32,000 nt of DNA from assembly GCF_000039765.1 (NCBI RefSeq), contig NC_004460.2:510001-542000 (forward strand), given 5' to 3'. The position numbers were made by a program, and so were the translations under genes. The notes under the pieces were generated by a model, which was not told the origin of the DNA, did no database searches, and worked only from the letters and a program-made list of their open reading frames with translations. The DNA comes from Vibrio vulnificus CMCP6 (lineage in GTDB: Bacteria > Pseudomonadota > Gammaproteobacteria > Enterobacterales > Vibrionaceae). Below are positions 1 to 12,400 of this stretch, in pieces; position 1 is the stretch's first letter; each line of letters starts with the position of its first letter.

Positions 1-328
1 CCGCGACACCGGGCAGTATATTTTTACCAAAGGTGGTTGCCGCTGCGAGCACGTGGGTATAAGGCTCACTCAACTGCGCCATCACGGACACAATGTTCTC
101 TGCCAAACGATGTTGATAGGCCGGCGAATCCAACACCATGATCTCTGCGATTCCGTCGATACGCTGTGCATGTTCGACCACGGCATCACATTGATGGCCA
201 ATGATCAGCGCCGTAATGCCCTCAGGTTGCAATTGCAACGCCGCGCTCATGGCTCGTAAGCTTTCAGGACAAATATTCCGGTCATTATGCTCAGTCAGGA
301 ACAGCACTTTTACGTCATTCTTTTCCAT
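1..328 (-). CDS. etfA: Electron transfer flavoprotein alpha subunit, N-terminal part (runs off the left edge)
   Basis: Minus-strand reading frame not in the ORF track because it lacks a stop in the window. ATG at 328 has a GGAGAGA Shine-Dalgarno (complement of 337-343) 8 nt upstream. My translation is MEKNDVKVLFLTEHNDRNICPESLRAMSAALQLQPEGITALIIGHQCDAVVEHAQRIDGIAEIMVLDSPAYQHRLAENIV..., an ETF-alpha-like N-terminal domain. It starts 31 nt after the etfB stop, the usual etfBA order. Confidence 0.85.
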   Translation of the reverse strand, partial: MEKNDVKVLFLTEHNDRNICPESLRAMSAALQLQPEGITALIIGHQCDAVVEHAQRIDGIAEIMVLDSPAYQHRLAENIVSVMAQLSEPYTHVLAAATTFGKNILPGVA

Positions 329-359
329 CACTTTACTCTCTCCATTATCACGGCTGGCA

Positions 360-1136
360 TTACAGCACCTTGGCGTCGTTTTTTAATTTTTCGATGAGCT
401 GATCCACATTCGCCACCCGCTCTCCGGCTTTGCGCTCTGTTGGTGTGTTCACCGTCAGCAATTGCTGATGAGATTTAACCTCAATGGAAAGCTGTTGTAG
501 TGTGATCACATCCAGCGGTTTCTTCTTGGCTTTCATGATGTTGGGTAAAGAGGCATATCGCGGCTCATTAAGGCGCAGATCCGTACTGATGATGGCAGGA
601 AGTACTAATCGCAACTCCTCCAACCCGCCGTCGACTTCTCGCGTCACGTTGACCTGCTCACCCGAGACAACGACTTTGGAAGCAAACGTCGCGCAAGGTC
701 TTTGGCTCAATGCCGCCAGCATTTGCGGCACTTGGTTGTTATCACTGTCGACGGACTGTTTTCCCAGCAGCACTAATCCAACCGATTCTTGCTCCATCAG
801 ACGATGCAGAATTTTCGCCACCGTGAGCGGTTCTACAGCCAACACATTTTGCGCATTCTCCACCACAGAAGAGAGATCGACATGAATCGCTCTATCCGCC
901 CCCAGCGCCAACGCAGCTCTCAATTGCTCTTGGCAGCTTTCGTCACCGATGGAGACAACGATCACTTCCTCAGCATGGCCCGCTTCTTTGACCCGCACGG
1001 CCTCTTCTACCGCGATTTCACAAAACGGATTGAGCGTCATTTTCACGTTGGTCATTTCAACGCCAGAACCGTCCGCTTTCACACGCGCTTTGAGATAAGG
1101 GTCGATCACGCGTTTGATACCCACCAATACTTTCAC
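360..1136 (-). CDS. etfB: Electron transfer flavoprotein beta subunit
   Basis: 258-aa ORF. MKVLVGIKRVIDPYLKARVKADGSGVEMTNVKMTLNPFCEIAVEEAVRVKE... is the canonical EtfB N-terminus and size. It is followed by etfA. Confidence 0.93.
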   Translation of the reverse strand: MKVLVGIKRVIDPYLKARVKADGSGVEMTNVKMTLNPFCEIAVEEAVRVKEAGHAEEVIVVSIGDESCQEQLRAALALGADRAIHVDLSSVVENAQNVLAVEPLTVAKILHRLMEQESVGLVLLGKQSVDSDNNQVPQMLAALSQRPCATFASKVVVSGEQVNVTREVDGGLEELRLVLPAIISTDLRLNEPRYASLPNIMKAKKKPLDVITLQQLSIEVKSHQQLLTVNTPTERKAGERVANVDQLIEKLKNDAKVL

Positions 1137-1341
1137 GTAGCCTCCTTAATGGACATCACCAACCATTTGAAATAAAAGCCATTTACTCAATCTCTTTACT
1201 TCAATGTCGTCAAATACTGTCCGAAGATTTATTGCATTAACATTTGTGCAACATGGTAATTTCAGCTTAGTAAAGTTTACGTTTACGTCAACTGGACTAT
1301 ATTTAAGCCAATGAACGACTCTGTAGCGGCAGGTTTACATT
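1137..1341. promoter_or_regulatory. Divergent promoter region between etfBA and the ETF-ubiquinone oxidoreductase gene
   Basis: A 205-bp AT-rich spacer between two divergently oriented, functionally linked genes. It contains the tandem GTTTACGTTTAC (1275-1286). No promoter hexamers can be assigned with confidence. Confidence 0.4.
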
Positions 1342-3009
1342 ATGGAAAGAGAATGCATGGAATTCGACGTGGTTATCGTTGGTGCGGGGCCAGCTGGTCT
1401 GTCAGCCGCTTGTCGTTTGGCGCAACTCGCCCAAGCCTCCAATCAAAGCCTCTCCATTTGTGTGTTAGAAAAGGGCTCAGAAGTGGGTGCGCATATCCTT
1501 TCTGGCGCACTGTTTGAAACTCGCGCATTGGCAGAACTTTTTCCCGATTGGCAGGATCAAGGGGCGCCAGTCGACACGCCCATCACGCAAGATCGCCTGC
1601 TTTACCTCACTACCGAGCATAACCACATTGAAGTGCCTGCCTTTCTGGTGCCTAAATCACTTCATAATAGCAGTGACAACTATGTGGTCAGTTTGGGTAA
1701 TCTCTGCCGCTGGTTGGCCAAACAAGCAGAAGCCCTCGGTGTAGAGGTGTTTGCTGGCTTTCCCGCTAAAGAGGTGGTAATTAATGAAAGTGACATTGTC
1801 ACTGGTGTCATTACCACCGACATGGGCCTAGACAAGCAATCTCAGCCTAAAGCAGGATTTGAAGCGGGCATCGAGCTAAAAGCGCGCTTTACCGTGTTTG
1901 CCGAAGGCGCGCGTGGTCATTTGGGTAAACAACTGATTGAGCACTTTGCTCTCGACCAAGGAAAGCCGCCACAACACTACGCTCTAGGGATCAAAGAAAT
2001 TTGGCAACTGCCTCAAGAGAACCCAGCCTATCAAGCAGGCCACGTCACCCACTTTGCTGGCTGGCCTTTAAGTGACACTGACAGCCAAGGGGGGGGCTTT
2101 CTATACCATATGGATAATCATCAAGTTTGCGTTGGTTTGATCACAGACCTGAACTACAGCAACCCCTACCTCAGTCCATTTGAAGAATTTCAACGCATGA
2201 AGCATCACCCCGCTATCGCCTCGCTATTGCAAGGCGCGGAGCGCGTCGCTTACGGTGCCAGAGCCATCACCAAGGGCGGGCTGCATTCACTGCCCAAGCA
2301 GCAGTTTGCTGGAGGATTACTGATTGGTTGCGATGCTGGCACCCTAAATAGTGGCAAGATCAAGGGCTGCCATACGGCGATGAAATCGGGCATGCTCGCC
2401 GCTGAGGCCATTTTCAAGGCGTGGCAATCGCCCGAGCAAAATACTGAAGCGGACTATCAAAGTGAATTTGAACAATCTTGGCTTTTTGATGAGCTCGCGC
2501 AGACGAAAAACTTCTCTGCCGCCCTACATCGCTACGGGCCGCTCGTTGGTGGGGCTCTGAATACCTTTGAACAAAATCTCTGGTATCCTCTCACCGGGCA
2601 GGCCCCCAGTTGGCATATTGTGGATGATAGAGCGGATCACCTTTGTTTGGATGAGTGCGCCGTTGTCACTCCCATTGCGTACCCAAAAGCGGATGGAGTA
2701 TTGAGCTTTGACAAACCCTCATCACTTTATCTTTCCGCCACTCAGCATGAGGAAAATCAGCCCTGCCACCTGATGGTAAACGATCTCGACACGGCACTCA
2801 AACGCCACCTGAATTTGTACGATGAGCCTGCACAACGCTATTGCCCCGCTGGTGTGTATGAGGTTATCGAAGGCGAAAGTGGTCCCTATTTGCAAATTAA
2901 TGCCGCCAACTGTTTACACTGTAAAACCTGCGACATCAAAGATCCGTCAGGGAACATTACGTGGACACCACCAGAAGGCGGTGGTGGACCGAACTACCAA
3001 AATATGTAA
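1342..3009 (+). CDS. Electron transfer flavoprotein-ubiquinone oxidoreductase (ETF-QO)
   Basis: 555-aa ORF with the FAD dinucleotide-binding motif DVVIVGAGPAGLSAA near the N-terminus and C-terminal 4Fe-4S cysteines (YCPAGVYE ... NCLHCKTCDIKDP). The start may instead be the ATG at 1357 (MEFDVV...), which has a GAAAGAG SD-like element upstream. Confidence 0.93.
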   Translation: MERECMEFDVVIVGAGPAGLSAACRLAQLAQASNQSLSICVLEKGSEVGAHILSGALFETRALAELFPDWQDQGAPVDTPITQDRLLYLTTEHNHIEVPAFLVPKSLHNSSDNYVVSLGNLCRWLAKQAEALGVEVFAGFPAKEVVINESDIVTGVITTDMGLDKQSQPKAGFEAGIELKARFTVFAEGARGHLGKQLIEHFALDQGKPPQHYALGIKEIWQLPQENPAYQAGHVTHFAGWPLSDTDSQGGGFLYHMDNHQVCVGLITDLNYSNPYLSPFEEFQRMKHHPAIASLLQGAERVAYGARAITKGGLHSLPKQQFAGGLLIGCDAGTLNSGKIKGCHTAMKSGMLAAEAIFKAWQSPEQNTEADYQSEFEQSWLFDELAQTKNFSAALHRYGPLVGGALNTFEQNLWYPLTGQAPSWHIVDDRADHLCLDECAVVTPIAYPKADGVLSFDKPSSLYLSATQHEENQPCHLMVNDLDTALKRHLNLYDEPAQRYCPAGVYEVIEGESGPYLQINAANCLHCKTCDIKDPSGNITWTPPEGGGGPNYQNM

Positions 3010-3410
3010 ATCGAGTTGCCACACAATACTCGGCTTCAAAAAATACTTCGATGGAAAATACCTTGTTTGAAAAATAGCTGTTTAGAAAGTACCAAGCTCG
3101 AAGCGGAGGCCGTCTCGAATCAAAAATTAAACACGCTTCGATTGGATGAAGCGCACTTTGCTTTCTATGCTTATGTCAATAAGTCGAATTGAGGTTAAAG
3201 CAGTATGAGAAATCAAACCGATTTCTCTAGCAATCATTCAAATATTAAGTGATAAACACTAAGTTTCATTTAAAGCTCAAAATAAATATCGCCAACTAAT
3301 GATAAAAATGATAAATTACACGAAATTTTGGTAGGAAATCACACTTTTTAATATATGGATGTAGGTTGCAATGGCAATAATTGATACCAAGCATAGAAGG
3401 TAACTCATTC

Positions 3411-5042
3411 ATGTTTATTAAGAATCTATCAATCGGCAAGAAAATCGCAGCAGCATTTTCAATCATAGCCGTCATCAATATCGCATTTGGGATATTTTTG
3501 TCTACAGAGCTCAATACGGTAAAATCCGAGCTATTAAACTACACCGAAGATACATTACCTGCGATGGAAAAAGTGGATGCTGTACGAGATAAAATCTCAT
3601 ATTGGCGTCGTACTCAATTTGCGGTGTTCGCGATGAACGACGAAAACCAAATCAAACAGACCATCACACGTAACGAAGGCATCCGTCGAGAGATCGAAAC
3701 GGAACTCGCCGCGTATGGAAAAAGCGTCTGGCCAGGTGAAGAAGAGCAAACCTACAACCGTTTGATGTCACTTTGGAGTGGTTACCTCAGCACCATGGAT
3801 AAGTTTAACGACGCATTGCTTGCAGGCGACAAAGACGCCGCTTATCCAATCCTCACCAACTCCCTGTCGACCTTTGAATCGATTGAGACGGAAGTGAACA
3901 AGTTGGTGATGATTCTCAAAGGCGCAATGGACAGCAACAAGAATCAAATTCTGTCGTCTGTTAACGGCCTAAACACCACTGCTGTTATCAGCAATATCGC
4001 TATCTTTGCTGTGATGGTGATCATGACGCTGCTATTAACTCGTATCATTTGTGGGCCACTGAATATCGTTGTTCGTCAGGCGAACGCCATTGCACGTGGT
4101 GATCTGTCGCAAGATCTCGACCGTAACGCGATCGGTAACGATGAGTTGGGCGAGCTGGCAGACGCCACCATTAAGATGCAAGACGATTTGCGCCAAGTGA
4201 TCGACAACGTGATTGCCGCTGTAACCCAATTGAGCAGTGCTGTAGAAGAGATGACACAGATCTCTGAAATGTCCGCTTCTGGCATGAAAGATCAACAAAT
4301 GCAGGTGACGTTGGTTGCGACCGCCATGACTGAAATGAAAGCCGCAGTGGCAGACGTTGCACGCAACACCGAAGACTCTGCATCGCAAGCGTACGACGCG
4401 AATCGCCGTACTCAAGATGGTGCGAAAGAGACGCATCAAATGGTGGTATCGATCGAAGAGGTGGCCGACATCATCGCCAAAGCGGGCGACACGGTGGCCG
4501 AGCTTGAAGCGCAATCGAACCAGATCAACGTTGTGGTGGATGTGATTCGTGGTATTGCTGACCAAACCAACCTCTTGGCACTGAATGCAGCCATTGAAGC
4601 GGCGCGCGCTGGCGAATCTGGCCGTGGCTTTGCGGTTGTTGCCGATGAAGTGAGAACCTTGGCAGGCCGCACTCAAGATTCAACCGGTGAAATCACGTCT
4701 ATCATCGAGAAACTTCAGGATTTGGCAAAACAAGCCAAACACGCGACCGAAGATTCAAGAACCAGCATCGGTGCTTGTGTTGAGCAAGGTAACAACGCAC
4801 AGGAATTAATGGGCTCGATTGAAAAGTCCATCGCGAACATCGCAGACATGGGCGCGCAAATTGCCACCGCATGTGGACAACAAGATTCCGTTGCGGAAGA
4901 ACTCAGCCGCAATATAGAGAACATTCACATGGCTTCGCAAGAAGTTGCGCAAGGGTCGCAGCAAACCGCGCAAGCGTGCCGTGAATTGACTCAACTTTCC
5001 GTCTCGCTGCAAGACGTCATGAGTCGTTTCAAATTGAATTAA
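3411..5042 (+). CDS. Methyl-accepting chemotaxis protein (periplasmic four-helix-bundle type sensor, HAMP, MA domain)
   Basis: Two TM segments ([19 protein letters not shown] and [19 protein letters not shown]) flank a ~170-aa periplasmic domain. The conserved signalling hairpin [31 protein letters not shown] is present. I prefer the ATG at 3411 (AGAAGG SD 12 nt upstream) over the TTG at 3381 in the ORF track. Confidence 0.9.
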   Translation: MFIKNLSIGKKIAAAFSIIAVINIAFGIFLSTELNTVKSELLNYTEDTLPAMEKVDAVRDKISYWRRTQFAVFAMNDENQIKQTITRNEGIRREIETELAAYGKSVWPGEEEQTYNRLMSLWSGYLSTMDKFNDALLAGDKDAAYPILTNSLSTFESIETEVNKLVMILKGAMDSNKNQILSSVNGLNTTAVISNIAIFAVMVIMTLLLTRIICGPLNIVVRQANAIARGDLSQDLDRNAIGNDELGELADATIKMQDDLRQVIDNVIAAVTQLSSAVEEMTQISEMSASGMKDQQMQVTLVATAMTEMKAAVADVARNTEDSASQAYDANRRTQDGAKETHQMVVSIEEVADIIAKAGDTVAELEAQSNQINVVVDVIRGIADQTNLLALNAAIEAARAGESGRGFAVVADEVRTLAGRTQDSTGEITSIIEKLQDLAKQAKHATEDSRTSIGACVEQGNNAQELMGSIEKSIANIADMGAQIATACGQQDSVAEELSRNIENIHMASQEVAQGSQQTAQACRELTQLSVSLQDVMSRFKLN

Positions 5043-5050
5043 TACAACCA

Positions 5051-5075
5051 CCCCGGCCTGAGTGCTGGGGTTTTT
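5051..5075 (+). terminator. Rho-independent terminator after the MCP gene
   Basis: CCCCGGC (5051-5057) pairs with GCTGGGG (5064-5070), including one G-U pair, around a 6-nt loop. It is followed by TTTTT (5071-5075). Confidence 0.7.
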
Positions 5076-5089
5076 CTTAGGGAAATAAC

Positions 5090-6316
5090 ATGAACTTTAA
5101 AAAGACCCTTCTATCCATTGCCATCGCTAGCGCCAGTCTCACTCCGGCTTTCTCTTACAGCGCACCTCTCTTACTCGACAACACGGTTCACCAAACCAGC
5201 CAAATCGCTGGGGCCAATGCTTGGCTCGAAATCAGCCTCGGCCAATTCAAAAGCAACATTGAACAATTTAAATCGCACATTGCCCCACAAACCAAAATTT
5301 GTGCGGTGATGAAAGCCGACGCTTATGGCAACGGAATTCGTGGTTTGATGCCAACCATTCTTGAACAACAAATTCCCTGCGTGGCTATCGCCAGTAATGC
5401 GGAGGCTAAACTCGTCCGAGAAAGTGGGTTTGAAGGCGAGTTAATTCGCGTGCGCTCCGCTAGCACAAGTGAAATTGAACAGGCACTCTCTCTTGATATC
5501 GAAGAGTTAATTGGCAGTGAGCAACAAGCTCGTGAGTTAGCAAGCTTGGCAGAAAAGTACAGCAAAACCATTAAAGTTCACCTTGCTCTTAATGACGGTG
5601 GCATGGGCCGTAATGGTATTGATATGAGTACCGAACGTGGACCAAAAGAAGCAGTCGCCATTGCAACGCACCCTTCGGTTGCCGTGGTCGGTATCATGAC
5701 CCATTTCCCGAATTACAATGCAGAGGATGTACGAACAAAGCTAAAAAGCTTTAACCAACATGCACAGTGGTTAATGGAAAGTGCAGGGCTAAAACGTGAA
5801 GAGATCACCCTACATGTGGCCAATTCCTACACCGCGTTGAATGTCCCTGAAGCGCAGTTGGATATGGTTCGCCCAGGTGGTGTGCTCTATGGTGATCTCC
5901 CGACCAACCCTGAGTACCCTTCTATTGTGGCGTTCAAAACCCGCGTTGCTTCACTTCATTCGCTTCCGGCAGGCAGCACCGTGGGTTACGACAGCACGTT
6001 TACCACAGCAAATGACGCAGTGATGGCAAACCTCACGGTCGGCTATTCCGATGGCTACCCACGAAAAATGGGCAACAAAGCGCAAGTGCTGATCAACGGC
6101 CAACGCGCCAATGTGGTGGGCGTTGCTTCAATGAATACTACGATGGTGGATGTGTCCAATATCAAAGGCGTGTTACCCGGCGATGAGGTGACGCTCTTTG
6201 GTGCTCAAAAAAACCAGCACATCTCTGTCGGTGAAATGGAAGAAAACGCCGAGGTAATTTTCCCAGAGCTTTACACCATTTGGGGCACCAGCAACCCGCG
6301 CTTCTATGTGAAGTGA
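5090..6316 (+). CDS. bsrV: Periplasmic PLP-dependent broad-spectrum amino-acid racemase (BsrV-like alanine racemase family)
   Basis: 408-aa ORF with a Sec signal peptide ([26 protein letters not shown]), which housekeeping Alr/DadX lack. It has the PLP-lysine motif [11 protein letters not shown] and alanine-racemase C-terminal motifs ([17 protein letters not shown]). From memory it is very similar to V. cholerae BsrV. Confidence 0.85.
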   Translation: MNFKKTLLSIAIASASLTPAFSYSAPLLLDNTVHQTSQIAGANAWLEISLGQFKSNIEQFKSHIAPQTKICAVMKADAYGNGIRGLMPTILEQQIPCVAIASNAEAKLVRESGFEGELIRVRSASTSEIEQALSLDIEELIGSEQQARELASLAEKYSKTIKVHLALNDGGMGRNGIDMSTERGPKEAVAIATHPSVAVVGIMTHFPNYNAEDVRTKLKSFNQHAQWLMESAGLKREEITLHVANSYTALNVPEAQLDMVRPGGVLYGDLPTNPEYPSIVAFKTRVASLHSLPAGSTVGYDSTFTTANDAVMANLTVGYSDGYPRKMGNKAQVLINGQRANVVGVASMNTTMVDVSNIKGVLPGDEVTLFGAQKNQHISVGEMEENAEVIFPELYTIWGTSNPRFYVK

Positions 6317-6417
6317 AACAGGTAAAAGCGGATTGATTAGAGAGAATGGTATAACAACTAAGACTCTATACTCGTGCCTCGTTGAACACCACAAATGAGA
6401 TAACGTTGATGCCATAA

Positions 6418-6444
6418 AAAAGCCGCCTTTATTCAGGCGGCTTT
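6418..6444. terminator. Bidirectional rho-independent terminator shared by convergent bsrV and rtxA
   Basis: AAAGCCGCC (6419-6427) pairs with GGCGGCTTT (6436-6444) around an 8-nt loop. An A-run precedes it (a U-run for the minus-strand transcript) and a T-rich stretch follows it. It lies 22 nt beyond the rtxA stop. Confidence 0.8.
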
Positions 6445-6465
6445 GATATTAATGGAAGGTGAATA

Positions 6466-9400
6466 TTACACCGTTATACCCTTTTTATGGACAACGTCTG
6501 CCCACGCAGTGGTAATCGCCACGCGAGATTTGCTGTCTAGGTTATCGATGAATCCATTGTCACCCGCCTGAGGGTCAAAGCCACTCATGGCTTGTACCAG
6601 CGCATCAATTGCACTCTCAGACAAGGTGGTGTACTCACGTTCACCCGTCGCGTCTTTCTCACCCATTGCGATGATCACCTGCGCTCGATTACCGTTAAAG
6701 TAATCACTGAACGTCACCGAACCAATATGCTCAAACTTCGCTTGGTCACTGTCGCTTGCCGGGTCACGAAGAATAGACAACTTCAGGTCATATCCGCTGC
6801 GTTCGAACCACAGTTTCTGCCAATCGATGCCATTGAAGACAATGTTATCTTCGCTGCGAATGTCTTCAACAAGGTTGTCGATAACATCACCGCTCACCAC
6901 AAAGCTGTCCACATCCGTGCCACCTTTGAACGTGTTTTGATAACCACCCAACACCATCAGATCGTGCCCTTCGCCACCGTTGAATTGACTGAACTTAGAG
7001 ATGGCCGCTGCGATGAGATGGTCTTCGCCCTCACCGCCATTCAACACGGCGTGATAGCCCATTAGCTTCACAACATCGTTGCCAGCGCTTGCATTGATGC
7101 GGTTGTAGTTACCGAAGACATTAGCAAAGTCATTGCCAGCGCCTAGCTCTACTTGGTTGTTGTTGCCAATCGTAACGGAGTAGTCTTGATCGTCACCCGT
7201 ATCCACACGGTTGAAGTTGCCAGACGTCACCACGTAGTCACGGCCTGAACCGGTGTCAATTTCACCGCCCTCACCAAAGACAAACGACTGGTCATCACCG
7301 GCACCAAGGAAGACATGGTTAATGCGTCCTGCAACCACTGCTGTGTCGTTGCCATCACCGCCAAACATCATGTTTTCACGTCCCATCAGAACGCCCATGT
7401 CGTTGCCTTCGCCGCCCGTGAAGATGTTTGACGTGCCTGTTGCGTAGAACACATCATCGCCTCGTCCGCCCCAGAAGTTGTTGTTGTCTCCTAGATACGC
7501 TCCGAGATCTTTACCATCACCACCCCAGTTGAAGTTGTAGTTTCCTAGGGAGATGTTGATATCACCATCACCTTGGAGATGACCACTGTTACGAAGGAAA
7601 TCAAACGTTTTCTCTTTCATATTCAGCAGATCAGCGGTGAGATTCTCTTTGAGATTTTCCACCAGCGATTTCATCTCTTTCTGCTTGTCTTGACTAAAGA
7701 TAGTGGCGAACAAGTTCGGCAGGTTAAGCGAGTTAAAGCCAAAGGCACGATCTGGTGTTTCTGCTGTTTCAGTGCTGCCATCAGCCACCGTCGCGCCTTG
7801 TGCACTGTTTACGTTCGCACCATTAACAGAAACCGAAGAGTTGTCCTCTTCCTCTTCTGGCGCCTTCTCTTTCAGTCCATGAGTTTCAGCAAAAGACTTA
7901 ATGCCATCCGCCCCCATGTTGATACCCGACTTCAAGCTATCCAGTAACTTAGCTGGGTCGACAAAGGCTTGCAGTTGATCACCACTGAACTCACCAATGA
8001 CCTCCAACATCTCTTTGAGAATCGCCACGCCGTCAACGGCTTCACCATTACGCGAAACAATGTGACCTGACGCGGTGTAATCCACACCAAAAATATCCGC
8101 TAGCGTGGTCTCGGCTCCTACACCCGCTAACTGCCCAAGTAGCTTGTTCTTAAGCTGACGAGGCAAATCTTCTGGCGTGTAGGTGAAGGTTGTCTTGGCC
8201 TGACCCGTAGCAGAGAACTGCTGTGTCATGAGGCCAAACAGTGAGCCTAGGTTGGTATCCAAAATAGACTGGATGTTGTCACCAAACATGAAGTTCCAGT
8301 TACCTGTCGTCACTTGGATATCCGCACCTTGACCACCCACGGCAAAGTTAAACGCAAGCTTTTCATTGGCTTGACGAAGCTTATCTGCGCGGCTGAGCTT
8401 GCTGGTGTCAGAATCGCTATTGCCACTTAACCATTGATTGTACTGCTTGTTCAGAGCCGCTTCTGCATCGTGCTTCAAGCCACGGCTGCTTCGCTCGTTC
8501 TGCGAGTCTAGTTCAACCAAACTGGTGTAATCAACGCTGCTGCTCTGATCCAAACCAGACATATCTTTGACAAACTTCTTGGCGCCAGACAATGTCCATT
8601 GCTGCTCTTGAGCCGCTAGCCAATCTTGGCCCTCACCCGAGGTGGCAATGCTTTGCAGTACGCCCGAAATACGAGCGGCACCATCGAACGGATTAACCAA
8701 TGGCGGAGTCGGAATCGACTTGTCCATCATCACAATCAGATCATTACTTCGACCTAAGTTGAAGCTCACATTACGATTACCGATGAACATTTGCGCACCT
8801 TCCAGTGCCTGATAACCACCAATATCGAAGCTGTGCTTGCTCTCACCATTGCCGATGTGAACCATGACGTTATTGTCACCAAAGGCCAGCGACTTAAAGC
8901 CACCCGTGCCGACTTTAATGCCCACATTCGATGTGCCCCAGTTCACTGCCGTAAACTCACCATCACCTACATTGACTTGAATGTTACCTGAGTAGCTGAG
9001 TTTATTGTTTGCAGAAGAAGATGAGGTTTCTGTCTCCGCTTTGCGTTTTTCTGGCGCATCAAACACATCATTGTTGCCACCGATTGCACCACGAGCTGGC
9101 TCGTCAACGTCGCTGACACCAATACGAGAGAGATCGATGTCGCCTTCCGCAATACCATTGCGAATACGTTCATCCTTGGCAACAACTTCACCTTGCTCGT
9201 CCCAGCTTAGCGAAACTTTGTTGTTTTCTGCTTTTTGGACCCAATCGCCATTCGCGTCCTTGGTATGTTTACGCCCTGCCTCGTCTACCGCCAGTTCAGA
9301 ACTGCGTACAGAGACATCGACACGAAGACCATTCGCATCCATCGCGTTAATAAACTGATGACCAAAGCCTTTTTGCTTGTCGTCACTCACCAAAGAACAA

Positions 9401-12400
9401 CCAACAATACTGATATGATCAGGCTTATTGTTGATGTTTTCCGCTTGATTAAACGACTGTTGGAACTTGGCCAATTTCACGGCCAGCTCATCGGCACTGT
9501 AGCCACTTAAACGCGTGTTGTTACTTTCTGAGTCATCTCGACCATGACCTACTAACTGCCAACGTAGCTTTCCATCCAGCTTTGACGGATCCCCATACAC
9601 CACGCGATAGTTGCCGTCTGAATCGATCTGCACCACCACACTGCTTTCTGGGTGCTTACCCGCAAGGTTCGCAGCGGCTTTTGCAACGACATCATCGTTC
9701 TCCATTTGCACGATGATTTGACCATCAAAACGGCTTTCACCGCCGTCCGCGGTCGGAGTCACAACAACACGTTCCCAGTCATTCACATTTTGGTTGTGAA
9801 GAGCGGTATTTGCGCCACTCAAACTGCCCTTGAACGTGATCTTCGGTTTGTTAGCAACATCATCGTAGACAACACGTAGACTTACATCGTCTTGTTCAAC
9901 TGTGAACTGGTTCGAGTCACTGACTTTAAGCGCAGGAAGATCGAGACGGTGCGTGATACCAGGAACGAACCCTTCAATCCCTTTGTGAGACTGCAAATGC
10001 GCTTTACCGTAGATAGCAACGAACTTTTCGCCATCAGGCAGATTTTGTAATACTTCCACCGCAATGTTGTTCGCAGCACCAGCACGGTACATCAGACCAT
10101 GTTCTGTTCCCTGAACATTTGGACGCGCAGAGCTGTTTGCATCCAGCGCGACGATGCGCATACCGTTAGCACGTGCGTTTTCAAAAAGAGTGACATCGAG
10201 ATGCTTTGTTTTCAGCATTGCGCTTAGTTCACTCGACATCACACCCGTAGCTAGGTAGCGATCAATCAGCGGTTGCGCAAGGTCTGAGCGTAAATGCTCA
10301 AGGCCAATGACTGTGACTCCCTGTTTTTTCAGTGCATCCATCTGTTCATTAACAAAGCGTAGGCCGTTGACGTCGCTGCCATGCACTTCACCAATCAAGA
10401 GGCCTTTACGATCATCCAGAAGAACCGCAAGCTGCTCGTCAACGCCCGTTGCACTAGCAAGCTTATTCGTCAGCTCATCATAGCCTGTACCAGAGTAACG
10501 ACGATCCCAAGCGTCAATATCCGTCTCATGGCTACTGCGGTAGATACCTTCAATTTGATCCATTCGGTCGGAATCAAGTTGAGATAAGTAGCTTTGATCT
10601 GCAAATTTCTTCAGCAGTATCATTTCAGCTGAATCACCAGAAATCGGATCCGCTTTCTTCGCCGCTTCTTTCAGGAAGTAGAACGCCATTTGCACCGATT
10701 CAGCACCCGTCAAATCCTGAAGTTCTTGATAGCTATAGCCAAGATGAACCGTTTTAGTGGATTCATCCAACGTCGCTTTACTCAACAACCCGTTCGACTG
10801 GGACGTTTCTAACCACTGTTTGAAATCAGCGTAATGCTCACCTAGATCTACGTGGTACTTCGCATCAAAACCAAGGTCACTTGGCGTTTCGCCTTTGTAA
10901 CCATGCTTCGGTGCCAAGTATGGGTCTTCATTGGCCCAACGAACCATCATGTCCGTCAAACCTACGTGTTTACCGTTGGCTTCTTCAATCGCGACCATAA
11001 AGATACGAGCGGCAAGCTCCGGTCTTGTTTGTGCGATTGCATCAATACCCGCTTGGGCAACTTGCATCTTACCGATAAACAACGCACTGGTGACCTGCTC
11101 TTTCAACTGCGTTAGCGCTTGATTACGCCCCGAAGTTGGATGTTCAGCGATGTAGTCATTAATCTTCTTATTAAGCTCAAAGCTCGCTGCGATTTGATCG
11201 CGGCCTTTAGCCTGATGCACAAGGTCGAGTTGATCGAGAATACCTTGGTAGGATGCGCCAATCGGTTTAGCAAAAACTTTTGCTCTTTCTTTCAGCTCTT
11301 GCACCGTAAAGATTTGCGCTAAATCGACCACGACCTTGGTTTTATCACCCAATGCTTCGAGATCGCTCGCGACTCCACCCGTAGGCTTTTTAATCGGTGT
11401 AGCGTCAAACACAGGTAGATCTAGGATCCCCTGCATGGTGGTCTTGTCACCGAAGGTCGGCTTGTAGCTTGCTAATGTATTGCCATCCATTACCACCACG
11501 CGGTTGAAGATTGCTTCACCTGCGTCGTTTTTACCCAGCTTATAGCTTTGAGCCATGTTCAGATCGGACTTGCCGAAGAAACGCGTTAGGTAGTCGCCAA
11601 ACTTCTCTGCTGACGAAAACTCAACGATGCCAGCATTTGGATCGTAGAAGCCGTAAACACGATCGTCGCCTGAGCCTTTTGCCCAAGCTGCCATCGCATG
11701 CCCCGGAGCATCAAGTTCCAACAGCACAGGTTTACCGTTAGCCGATGCATCAGTGATTTTCTCAACCACACCGTTTACGGTCAGCGCTTGCTTCCCTTCC
11801 AGCTTTTCCTGCCACACTTTCATCGACGTATCATGCATTGGGTTCTTCGCATGAATGGCCGCCAAGCTGCTGAGCAACTTGCTTGCATTGGCTTTTTCAC
11901 TGTCTGAGTAAAGGGTTGGATTGCTCAGCACCGCTGCCGCAGAGTACATCTTTTCTAGCAGTTGTCTTGCCACGCCAACTTGACCATCGTTTTCAAGCTG
12001 TTTCGCAACCAAAACGAGTTTAGAAAGTGGATCACAACGCCCACCAAAACCGTCATTCGATAGGTTCAGCAGCATTAACTGTGGCGCAAGCTGTTCAGTC
12101 GCTTTCGCATCCACCACGCCAGCAGAAGCAATCTCACGGAACAATCGGTTGTACTTCTCAGACTTGTTCTGGAACGTCACTTTCAGTGCACGACTTTCGA
12201 TTTCCCAAGCAAGCGCACCTTTTTGCTCTGCACTCCAGTTACCTTTAACAAACAGATCCACCAGTTGCTTGATACTCATATCTGAGCGGAAGCCGTCAAC
12301 GATCTCTTTCGCATGGTCATTTTTGTAACCATTTAGGAAATCTTTAGTGGTGCGAATGTCTTTCGATTTACCCGGCACGCTCGTATCTGGTTTCAGCGCG

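Noticed and set aside
1275-1297. Tandem GTTTACGTTTAC and an AACTGGAC half-site in the etfB/ETF-QO divergent promoter, reminiscent of a FadR-type operator half.
   Set aside because: Only one half-site is present and no dyad partner was found. That is insufficient to call a regulator binding site from sequence alone.
2089-2096. G8 homopolymer inside the ETF-QO gene, a possible slipped-strand phase-variation tract.
   Set aside because: It encodes the conserved QGGGF segment in frame within a housekeeping gene. Nothing suggests switching. It is worth remembering only as a potential sequencing-error hotspot.
3010-3410. A 400-bp AT-rich spacer upstream of the MCP gene, with an 8-nt inverted repeat (TCGAAGCG ~3098-3105 / CGCTTCGA ~3134-3141), a 15-codon ORF at ~3205 and a 72-aa minus-strand ORF (3296-3514).
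   Set aside because: The stem is short with a long loop and no U-tract. The mini-ORF has no SD. The 72-aa ORF overlaps the MCP start and has no family resemblance. This is most simply an ordinary promoter region.
4035-4676. 213-aa minus-strand ORF, with smaller ones at 4076-4672, opposite the chemoreceptor gene.
   Set aside because: It is antisense to the highly conserved MCP signalling domain, and its translation is Arg/His/Cys-rich nonsense without any family resemblance.
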